NCBI GenBank assembly: GCA_965656505.1
Contig: CBFHKV010000002.1
Span: forward strand, 21,989 to 85,988
Length of the DNA: 64,000 nucleotides
From: Burkholderiaceae bacterium
GTDB taxonomy: Bacteria > Pseudomonadota > Gammaproteobacteria > Burkholderiales > Burkholderiaceae_B
Direction of reading: 5' to 3'
The translations under genes were made by a program, and so were the position numbers. The notes under the pieces are model-generated. The model saw only the letters and a list, made by a program, of their open reading frames with translations, was not told the DNA's origin and searched no databases. Positions 57,267-64,000 of the stretch are shown here, piece by piece (positions within the stretch are counted from its first letter, which is position 1; the number at the start of each line of letters is the position of its first letter).

Positions 57267-58190
57267 GTGAGAAAAGTTATCATCACCTGTGCGCCAACAG
57301 GTGCGATCCATACCCCTAGCATGTCGCCAAACTTGCCGGTCACAGCAGAGGAAATTGCAACTGCCGCGATTGACGCGGCCAAGGCGGGGGCGGCCATTTT
57401 GCACTTGCATGCACGCGACCCAAAAGACGGGCGTCCTACACAAGACCCTGACTTTTTCCGGCCGTTTTTGGCGGACATCAAGGCCAACACCGACGCCGTG
57501 GTCAACATCACGACGGGTGGCAGTCCACACATGACGGTCGACGAGCGGATGCGCCCGGCCATGACTTTTAAGCCGGAGCTCGCTTCCCTGAATATGGGTT
57601 CCATGAATTTTGGGTTATTTCCCATGCTAGATCGTTTTAAAACGTTCGAGCATGAGTGGGAGCGACAACACCTAGAAAACAGTCGTGACCTGGTCTTTAA
57701 AAACACCTATCAAGACATTGAGGCCATTCTTCGCAAGGGCGCAGACAATGGCACGCGTTTCGAGTTCGAGTGCTATGACATCAGCCACCTGTACAGCCTG
57801 GCGCATTTTGTGGAGCGTGGTCTTGTCAAAGGCCCTATCTTTGTACAGTCGGTATTTGGTATTTTGGGGGGGATTGGTCCAGACCCTGAGGACTTGATGC
57901 ACATGCGACGCACGGCCGATCGCTTGTTTGGTGACCGCTATCAGTGGTCCATCTTAGGCGCCGGTCGCCATCAAATCCCATTGGCGACGATTGGTGCATC
58001 CATGGGGTCCCATGTGCGTGTCGGGTTGGAAGACTCCCTCTGGATCGCGCCAAAGCAACTTGCGGCGTCTAGCGCCGAACAGGTGACGCGCATTCGAACC
58101 ATCTTGGAGGCGCTGAACTTGCAAGTGGCCACGCCAGCTGAAGCACGCGCTATCTTGGGCTTGAAAGGCGGTGACCAAGTCGATTTTTAG
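57267..58190 (+). CDS. Beta-keto acid cleavage enzyme (BKACE/DUF849, 3-keto-5-aminohexanoate cleavage enzyme family)
   Basis: 307 aa with a GTG start after an AAGGAGA RBS. Motifs are IITCAPTGAIHTPSMSPNLPVT.EEIA, HLHARDP and ...GGH.RVGLED. Confidence 0.8.
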   Translation: MRKVIITCAPTGAIHTPSMSPNLPVTAEEIATAAIDAAKAGAAILHLHARDPKDGRPTQDPDFFRPFLADIKANTDAVVNITTGGSPHMTVDERMRPAMTFKPELASLNMGSMNFGLFPMLDRFKTFEHEWERQHLENSRDLVFKNTYQDIEAILRKGADNGTRFEFECYDISHLYSLAHFVERGLVKGPIFVQSVFGILGGIGPDPEDLMHMRRTADRLFGDRYQWSILGAGRHQIPLATIGASMGSHVRVGLEDSLWIAPKQLAASSAEQVTRIRTILEALNLQVATPAEARAILGLKGGDQVDF

Positions 58191-58225
58191 TGCGCCTTTG
58201 ACCTGCCTGTCGAGCAAGACCTATT

Positions 58226-58678
58226 TCACGGGTAATACACGGAAATGGTCTCAGCGATACAGGCGGGTTTTGTTGCCCCTTGTAACTCGACAGTGGCTTT
58301 GAACGTGCACTCGAACCCGCCATCGCCTCGTTCATTGATGGCGGCAAGTTCGTATTTGGCGCGGACCTGACTGCCGGCTGGTACGGGTGTTAAGAACCGA
58401 ACCTTATTCATGCCGTAATTGACAGCCATGCTGGTCTCGGTGACCTCAAAGGTTTTGAAGCGCATTCCCGCGAGTAATGAAAGCGTTAGATAACCGTGGG
58501 CAATGGTGGTCCCAAACTTTGAGGTCTTGGCTTTTATAGGGTCGACATGGATCCACTGGAAGTCACCGGTTGCTTCAGCAAATTTGTCGATTCGAGCCTG
58601 ATCAACCAACCACCACTCACTGGTACCGATCTCTGTCCCTACCAATGATTGTAATGCTGCGAATTTAACTTGCCGCAT
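58226..58678 (-). CDS. MaoC-like dehydratase
   Basis: From the ATG at 58678, after a GGGGAG RBS. It contains the GDFQWIHVD and TIAHGYLTLS motifs. Confidence 0.75.
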   Translation of the reverse strand: MRQVKFAALQSLVGTEIGTSEWWLVDQARIDKFAEATGDFQWIHVDPIKAKTSKFGTTIAHGYLTLSLLAGMRFKTFEVTETSMAVNYGMNKVRFLTPVPAGSQVRAKYELAAINERGDGGFECTFKATVELQGATKPACIAETISVYYP

Positions 58679-58765
58679 GAGAGGTACTCCCCTGTAAAGT
58701 TTGATTTGCGTTTCTTCTGTATTCAACACTTTAAGCATAGCTAAAAAATAACTGGGAGACAGTGC

Positions 58766-59386
58766 ATGATCACGATCTGGGGTAGAACCAATTCGCTTAA
58801 CGTACAGAAAGTCTTGTGGGTTTTGGAGGAGCTCTGTTTGTCCTATGAGCGTATCGACGCCGGATTGACCTATGGGGTGAATGACACGGCTGCTTTTAAA
58901 GCCATGAACCCCAACGGTTTGGTGCCGGTTTTAAAGGAAGGTGATTTCATTCTCTGGGAATCACACGCCATCCTGAGATACTTGGCCGGGCGCCATGGGT
59001 ACGGTACGTTGTGTCCTGAGGATGAGCGGGTCAGGGCGATTGGAGACCAATGGCTTGATTGGTGCAGTACCACTGTGTGGCCAAACATGCGACCCGTGTT
59101 TCAGAATTTGGTGCGTATCCCTGCAGACCAGCGAGATCACCAAGCGTTAGCTGTTGGCATAAAGCAAGTTGCAAAAAACTTTTTGATACTCAACAACGCA
59201 CTACAAAACCGTGACTACATTGCGGGTGAAGCCTTCACGATTGCTGATATTTCCCTGGCCTTGTTGGCCCACCGCTGGTACAGCCTGGTGAGTGATCGAC
59301 CGCAGACACCCGCGGTCGATGCTTGGTTTGAGCGTGTTTCTGTACGTGAGGGTTATCGCAAGCATGGGTCCGCACCACTGACGTAA
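58766..59386 (+). CDS. Glutathione S-transferase
   Basis: 206 aa with N-domain motifs NPNGLVPVL and ESHAILRYL. Confidence 0.8.
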   Translation: MITIWGRTNSLNVQKVLWVLEELCLSYERIDAGLTYGVNDTAAFKAMNPNGLVPVLKEGDFILWESHAILRYLAGRHGYGTLCPEDERVRAIGDQWLDWCSTTVWPNMRPVFQNLVRIPADQRDHQALAVGIKQVAKNFLILNNALQNRDYIAGEAFTIADISLALLAHRWYSLVSDRPQTPAVDAWFERVSVREGYRKHGSAPLT

Positions 59387-59432
59387 ATCCGTCAATGTCC
59401 CCGACTAGGTGAAGGGCCGTCAGTGGCTGGTT

Positions 59433-60044
59433 TTATACCTGGAACTGACACGCTTTAAAGGCTTCGGTCGCCTCGAAACTCGCGCACAGGTCAGCGAGCG
59501 CCGGGTGGCGCTGCGCCGAACTCACCTCGGGCAAGGTCGTGGTAATAAAGCGATAGCCAACGGCTGCCGTTAGGTCGGCTAGCGTCGCATGACTGGTATC
59601 GGAAAACCGGCCTGCCTTGATCAAGGATTCGATCTGATCCACGCCAGCGCTCGCTTGCTCAAGAAGGGTGTCAAGAAAGGGTTGGTGTATTTTTTCTTCA
59701 GGCCGTTTGGTCTTTTCATAGATGCTGGCCACCGATTTGTCTAGGGCGCTTGTCATGATGCCTGAGCGCTGCAGGATATCGCGCCGGCTCATTCCATTTG
59801 CTGGCAGTAGCGTTTGGTTCGATGTTACCTCAAGTAAGTGGTCAAGAATCAATGTGCTCTCGACCAAGATATCACCATCATCGAGCACCAATGCGGGTAC
59901 TTTATTCATGGAGTTAAAGGGTCGTATGTCGTCGGCATCCTTCGCGGGGGACAGTGAGCGATGCTCAAAGGGGATGTCTAACCAATTCAGCGTGACAGCG
60001 ACGCGGCGCACAAACGGCGAAAGATAGCGGCCAATCAAAATCAT
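59433..60044 (-). CDS. Glutathione S-transferase-family protein
   Basis: 203 aa with SPFVRRV...KVPALVLDDG..ESTLILDHL. Confidence 0.75.
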   Translation of the reverse strand: MILIGRYLSPFVRRVAVTLNWLDIPFEHRSLSPAKDADDIRPFNSMNKVPALVLDDGDILVESTLILDHLLEVTSNQTLLPANGMSRRDILQRSGIMTSALDKSVASIYEKTKRPEEKIHQPFLDTLLEQASAGVDQIESLIKAGRFSDTSHATLADLTAAVGYRFITTTLPEVSSAQRHPALADLCASFEATEAFKACQFQV

Positions 60045-60135
60045 GTTATCTCCGGATTAATCGTTATGATCCTGAAGTATCCCGTAAAGATGGGGTAACA
60101 GCAATCCGTTATTCGGTCTTGATTGAGAGGTCAGC

Positions 60136-60879
60136 ATGCAGCAGCGATTCTTTGATGACGCCGTGAGTAAGCGAGGACTGGTTTGGCTTGCTTTTATCTT
60201 CGGGGTGACTGGGCCATCTGTGGCTTCGACCATGCAGGAACCCGTCAGGATCGGTAACCCTCCTGAGGCGTTTTGGATTGATCGAACCGAGGTCACTGTG
60301 GCCCAATTCCTGAGATATGCCGAGGGTGAGGCACAGGTCACGGCGGCTGAGCGCGAGGGTGGTGGATATGAGTATCGCCTGGGGTGGCAACGAAGAGCCG
60401 GCTGGACGTACCGCACCCCGTACGGTAGCCCGGCAGCCGCTAATGAGCCGGCAGTGCACGTCAGTTGGCATGAGGCGCGGGCGTATTGTCGAGCCCAAGG
60501 TGGGGATTTGCCCAATCGGGCGCAATGGGAAAAGGCAGCCTATCAAGAAACACGGCGTCAACCGCCGCCGCCCTTTGAAACAGGCAAAGTCTACGATTAC
60601 CCCACGGGCACTGACCCCAATGACGCCAACACCGTGGGTGATGAGGATGGCTGGGGAAGACACGCGCCCGTTAGACAGTTCGCGCCTGGGGTCAACGGGC
60701 TTTTTGATATGGGGGCCAATGCCTGGGAGTGGTTGTTAGACGCAGACGCCGATAAACGCCTCACGGCCGGTGGCTCGTGGTGGTATGGCCCTAACAAGAT
60801 GAAGGCGAGCGGCATGCAATACAAAGCCGCTGACTTCTATGCGGTTTACGTCGGTTTTCGTTGTGTCTACCCTGATTGA
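60136..60879 (+). CDS. Formylglycine-generating-enzyme-fold protein (SUMF1/EgtB/PvdO family)
   Basis: 247 aa with a signal-like N-terminus. Motifs are TEVTVAQF, PAVHVSWHEARAYC, GNAWEW, GGSWW and GFRCV. Confidence 0.8.
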   Translation: MQQRFFDDAVSKRGLVWLAFIFGVTGPSVASTMQEPVRIGNPPEAFWIDRTEVTVAQFLRYAEGEAQVTAAEREGGGYEYRLGWQRRAGWTYRTPYGSPAAANEPAVHVSWHEARAYCRAQGGDLPNRAQWEKAAYQETRRQPPPPFETGKVYDYPTGTDPNDANTVGDEDGWGRHAPVRQFAPGVNGLFDMGANAWEWLLDADADKRLTAGGSWWYGPNKMKASGMQYKAADFYAVYVGFRCVYPD

Positions 60880-60925
60880 CTCGGTGCGCGAAAACCACGT
60901 GACAGTCAGAGTCGCTAGGGCCGCG

Positions 60926-61636
60926 TCAAAATGGCTGCCAGGGTTGACAATCAATCCAGGGGTCTGTGCATGGCTCTCGAGTTGAAAAGGCGAGACTCAA
61001 TAAAAACGTCGGGGCCAAGGTTGTTTGCCAGAATTGCCATGGTCGGCTCGGGGCCGCTGCTGGGTCAAGTACCGTGAGATTGATGGGGTCATTGAAATGG
61101 AAGGTAAAGGCATCCATGCGCGTGCTTAGCCCCCAGCCCTCTGCCTTGAGATAGGCCTCCTTTAACGTCCAGTACTTTAAAAAAAGCAGGCCGCGCTGTG
61201 AGGGCTCGCAGGCCACCAAGCGGTTGTATTCTTCACTGGAAAAGTAACGTTTGGCTAGTTCGAGATTGGGTAGACGTCGGCTTGTGTTTTCTACATCGAT
61301 ACCCACAGGTTGTTGGCTAAGGGCAATCGCCACTTGGTCTTCGGTATGGCTCAGGTTGAAATGCCAAACCCCTTCAGTCTCAACAGCCGGTGGATGCTGA
61401 ACGGAGGGCTTGCCTTTGTCGCAGACCTGAAACCTAAGTTCGCGGGGCTCACAGTCCAAGCGTTCGGCTAACAACAGTCGTTTTAAGGCGTGAATGACCA
61501 AATAAGCATGTCGCTGTTTGGGTTGAATAAAGCGGTTCATCAGCTGTCGTTCACTGTCCTCTAAGAGTGCTTCAAGCTTCGAAATAAGAGTCGATTGCTT
61601 GATCTGGTCCGGCATGATGTGCCGGACCAGAATCAT
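60926..61636 (-). CDS. 4'-phosphopantetheinyl transferase (Sfp/EntD type)
   Basis: FNLSHT, GIDVE and WTLKEAYLKAEG motifs. The start is uncertain, with candidates at 61696, 61636 and 61615. Confidence 0.8.
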   Translation of the reverse strand: MILVRHIMPDQIKQSTLISKLEALLEDSERQLMNRFIQPKQRHAYLVIHALKRLLLAERLDCEPRELRFQVCDKGKPSVQHPPAVETEGVWHFNLSHTEDQVAIALSQQPVGIDVENTSRRLPNLELAKRYFSSEEYNRLVACEPSQRGLLFLKYWTLKEAYLKAEGWGLSTRMDAFTFHFNDPINLTVLDPAAAPSRPWQFWQTTLAPTFLLSLAFSTREPCTDPWIDCQPWQPF

Positions 61637-61748
61637 GGACCTGTCGTTGGTCTTTGACTGGGCTTGCTGATTTGTGGAAAAACGTGACTTCGACATAAGG
61701 ATTCAGTACGCTTGGGGTATTGACTGCAATCATACGGAGTTTTTACGG

Positions 61749-62093
61749 ATGTCTACCCCGATCAACCAAATCACCCCGGATTTTTCTGTGGCGCCCCAAC
61801 TAAGCCCTTCAGACATGCCTGCTGTGGCTACCGCAGGGTTCAAAAGCGTCATTATCAACCGCCCTGATTATGAGGGTGGGCCTGATCAACCCACGGCTGA
61901 AGCGGTCTCTGAGGCGGCTCGTGAGTCCGGTCTGCGTGTGGCTTATCAGCCTGTGGTGAGCGGCGCCATGACGCCCGAGGATGTGGCGCAATTTGCTGAA
62001 TTGCTACAAACCTTGCCAGGGCCCATTTTGGCTTACTGCCGCACGGGCACCCGCTGTAGTGTCCTTTTTCAAGCGGCCACGGGTCAAAGTTGA
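61749..62093 (+). CDS. TIGR01244/DUF442-like phosphatase-fold (sulfur-transferase associated) protein
   Basis: 114 aa with ITPDFSVAPQLSP.D....AGFKSVIINRPD.E, ...AYCRTGTRC and a CX5R-like loop. Confidence 0.6.
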   Translation: MSTPINQITPDFSVAPQLSPSDMPAVATAGFKSVIINRPDYEGGPDQPTAEAVSEAARESGLRVAYQPVVSGAMTPEDVAQFAELLQTLPGPILAYCRTGTRCSVLFQAATGQS

Positions 62094-62259
62094 CCAAACG
62101 CGACAGGATGGAAAAGTTAACCAAAACGGCAACCAAAACGACAAACGAAAAGACGGCCAATCAAAAACCACTCCCCTAGTGGGGTGATATGAGCTAGCAT
62201 GGGTATGTGGTTTTTTGATTGAAAGTGCAGGTGTTGTTTAAATTGAGGGAGTGCTAACC

Positions 62260-62721
62260 ATGTTTAAAAAAATACTGATTCCCACCGACGGCTCAGCGCT
62301 GTCAGGACAGGCGGCTAACGCCGGTATCTCTTTTGCACGTTCAGTCGGTGCTGAAGTGGTTGCTCTGCATGTGGGTCAGCCCTTCGCAGCGACCATCGGA
62401 TTTGACGGCATGGCCGCTGCTTACGCCATCACTGACGAAGACTACGAAAAAGCATCTGCCGAGCAAGCCAAAAAGTATTTAAAAGCGATCACGGATCGGG
62501 CAGAAACCGCCGGTGTGAAGGTTAGCCAGGAGTCAGTGGTTAACTTTAATGTAGCGGATGGCATTGTGGACGCCGCCCAGACATACGCTTGTGACCTCAT
62601 TTTCATGGGCAGCCATGGTCGCAGCGGCTTATCGCGTCTACTCCTCGGAAGTGTGACCGCCAAAGTATTGTCATTGGCCCATGTTGCTGTGCTGGTGTAT
62701 CGCGTCAAGGAAGAAGAATAA
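62260..62721 (+). CDS. Universal stress protein (UspA family)
   Basis: MFKKILIPTDGS... and ...MGSHGRSGLSRLLLGSVT motifs. Confidence 0.85.
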   Translation: MFKKILIPTDGSALSGQAANAGISFARSVGAEVVALHVGQPFAATIGFDGMAAAYAITDEDYEKASAEQAKKYLKAITDRAETAGVKVSQESVVNFNVADGIVDAAQTYACDLIFMGSHGRSGLSRLLLGSVTAKVLSLAHVAVLVYRVKEEE

Positions 62722-62800
62722 CGCTCTGCAGTGAAGTGATCTGAAGAAGGTCTCTGTGACTCGTTTTGTTACGCATCTTAAAACGAGTAAAAAGCAAAAA

Positions 62801-62839
62801 CCGCAGTCAACCATCATGTAACGGTTGCTGCGGTTTTTT
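62801..62839. terminator. Bidirectional Rho-independent terminator
   Basis: AAAAA-CCGCAG(T)CAACC-N10-GGTTGCTGCGG-TTTTTT. Confidence 0.85.
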
Positions 62840-62894
62840 GTATCAAAGGCAACCTGCTAGCAAGGTCGAATTGACCGACCTGACGTACGTGAAC

Positions 62895-62972
62895 GAAGAG
62901 AACGACAGAAGAGAACGACTGAAGAGCATGACAGAAGATGATGACAGAACAGATGGCAAGCAGAGAATGGGG
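62895..62972. repeat. Degenerate 13-nt purine-rich tandem array, about 6 units
   Basis: The units are GAAGAGAACGACA, GAAGAGAACGACT, GAAGAGCATGACA, GAAGATGATGACA, GAACAGATGGCAA and GCAGAGAATGGGG. The period is 13, which is not a multiple of 3. Confidence 0.85.
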
Positions 62973-62987
62973 GGTTTTAGGTCAAGT

Positions 62988-63494
62988 TCATGAAACCACA
63001 ATGGCAATGAGTGCGATCAGGACAAGCAACACCAGAGCCGCTCCTAGTCGTCGTTTGCTCGAGATGCTACCACGGCTAAAAATCGGTTGATTTTGTTCTG
63101 ACGCCGACAATTCGGCTTTGTCAATGCGCTTGTTAATCGTTTGTTTTAAGCGTTGGATCTCTGAACCCCGCGAAGTTGAATGGTAGTGATGTTCCAAGCG
63201 CGCGAGTTGTTCTTGATGATCGGTATGGTTTGCTTTCAATGTATCGAGGGCTTTTTTTAAAGTGCGTAGATAAATGCCATAAGAGTGAAACCTTTGAGAG
63301 TCACCGCTAAAGAGATCGAACAATTGGACCCGTGATATCAATAATTGTTTGCAAAGTTTTTCGGGATCATGGGGTTGGCTAAGCTGTTCAAGGGTTTGCC
63401 CTAAGCTCATTTGCGTGTGCTGTAGATCAGAGCTCAGCGGCGCTGAATCATCGATACTGGTTGAGGGTTCAGCGGTCGATTGTGTATCGGTCAT
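62988..63494 (-). CDS. Hypothetical tail-anchored protein
   Basis: 168 aa with an acidic N-terminus, a helical middle and a single C-terminal TM segment (AALVLLVLIALIAIVV). I recognise no family. Confidence 0.5.
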   Translation of the reverse strand: MTDTQSTAEPSTSIDDSAPLSSDLQHTQMSLGQTLEQLSQPHDPEKLCKQLLISRVQLFDLFSGDSQRFHSYGIYLRTLKKALDTLKANHTDHQEQLARLEHHYHSTSRGSEIQRLKQTINKRIDKAELSASEQNQPIFSRGSISSKRRLGAALVLLVLIALIAIVVS

Positions 63495-63849
63495 TTAAAA
63501 AGCCAATGTCTTCGGATTATTGCGAACCATCATCCAAAAACCTCACGGTCTCGTCAAATGACTGATTCATAGGATTAATGATGGTGCCTTGGCCACCTGA
63601 CCTATAGACTATACCGAGGAGTATCTGGACCGCGTCTCTTCTTGTATTGTTTTGTAATATTCTGAATGGTAACCAGCCTTATTTAGGACGTCAAACCCGA
63701 GAGACGTCAATCCTAGGGTTGCTAAATATCAAGCCAGGCATGGTCTTGAGCACCGTGGAAAGTACCGAAAGGGATAGTCTTCGCAGCTCACGAACGGTTC
63801 CATTAAACTCATGGCGCGGTTCAAGTTAGTTGGATGCCATGAGCCCCCA

Positions 63850-64000
63850 TTGATTTTCCTAAGGTCAAACAAATTGCGACTGATTTATCTCGTATTTCTC
63901 GTGACCCTAATTTCGTTCCCCTGGCAACACGCTTACGGGTCCCAAGCACTTGACATATTTCACTTCGAAGATACGACCAACCAGATCGCAGCGAGCGAAA
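63850..64000 (+). CDS. 5' end of an ORF running off the window; signal-peptide-like N-terminus
   Basis: TTG starts at 63850 or 63874 open a frame reading ...RLIYLVFLVTLISFPWQHAYGSQALDIFHFEDTTNQIAASE with no stop before the window end. Confidence 0.35.
   Translation, partial: MIFLRSNKLRLIYLVFLVTLISFPWQHAYGSQALDIFHFEDTTNQIAASE

Noticed and set aside
55207-62972. Considered whether the tandem repeats at 55207-55251, 62119-62142 and 62895-62972 could be CRISPR or minisatellite arrays.
   Set aside because: The units are 12-15 nt and directly adjacent, with no spacers. No cas genes are present. They are simple tandem repeats, not CRISPR.
62766-62993. 75-aa plus-strand ORF (…ENDRRERLKSMTEDDDRTDGKQRM…).
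   Set aside because: It is produced by the purine-rich 13-nt tandem array. A 13-nt period cannot be a coding repeat, and the ORF starts inside the uspA terminator region with no RBS.
63647-63829. 60-aa plus-strand ORF in the final intergenic gap.
   Set aside because: It has no RBS and no motif, and it sits exactly at the track's minimum length.
1-64000. Searched for mobile elements, prophage remnants, tRNA/rRNA genes and defence-system signatures (restriction-modification, toxin-antitoxin, CBASS-like cyclase plus effector).
   Set aside because: No transposase, integrase, recombinase, cyclase, nuclease, methylase or tRNA-like cloverleaf sequence was recognisable. The patatin domain here is fused to a metabolic-type FAD reductase and sits next to feoAB. 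It is not next to a nucleotide cyclase, so I do not call it a CBASS-type effector.

Overview
The window is a gene-dense chromosomal segment, about 60 protein-coding genes on both strands. It most likely comes from a Gram-negative proteobacterium, because it encodes outer-membrane beta-barrels ending in F, Tat signal peptides, TRAP and ProU-type transporters, a LysR regulator and a DUF2946/PCuAC pair. I found no rRNA, tRNA, CRISPR array, transposase, integrase or phage gene. Most of the content is peripheral metabolism and transport.

Main contents, in order along the window:
- 85-5309: a split TPP-dependent decarboxylase plus an MFS transporter, then metY and an SDR.
- 5658-8739: a proVWX-like quaternary-amine ABC transporter.
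- 10160-13229: a TRAP transporter (DctPQM-type).
- 13385-14898: xdhC and a truncated coxG.
- 14899-20062: two floA (flotillin-like) paralogs. Only one is paired with nfeD.
- 21330-25978: a tightly coupled acyl-CoA dehydrogenase, SDR, APH-fold kinase and acyl-CoA ligase operon.
- 26060-38316: ChaN, a benzoylformate-decarboxylase-like TPP enzyme, codA, ugd, an SDR/MaoC/CoA-transferase operon, DUF805, and sixA-like plus glpQ.
- 38572-43928: PCuAC plus DUF2946, glutamate decarboxylase, pirin, and azoR with a divergent LysR gene.
- 43942-49084: feoAB behind a Fur-box-like dyad, followed by a flavodoxin gene and an unusual FAD-reductase::patatin fusion gene.
- 49257-63494: a Tat-exported BBE-type flavoenzyme, a beta-carbonic anhydrase, an HDAC-like/SDR operon, an outer-membrane protein, a 3-hydroxyacyl dehydrogenase plus BKACE pair, three GSTs across the window, an FGE-like protein, a PPTase, a TIGR01244-like protein and a Usp.

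The most unusual items:
1. A flavodoxin gene is translationally coupled to a 784-aa ferredoxin-reductase::patatin::DUF3734 fusion, directly downstream of Fur-box-led feoAB.
2. A recombination scar appears to join a C-terminally truncated floA paralog to an N-terminally truncated coxG.
3. A split ACAD10/11-style kinase and dehydrogenase operon resembles the levulinate/4-hydroxyacid (lva) pathway.
4. A degenerate 13-nt purine-rich tandem array lies in a 3' UTR.

All functional calls come from reading the translated ORFs against remembered family motifs. No database search was run.
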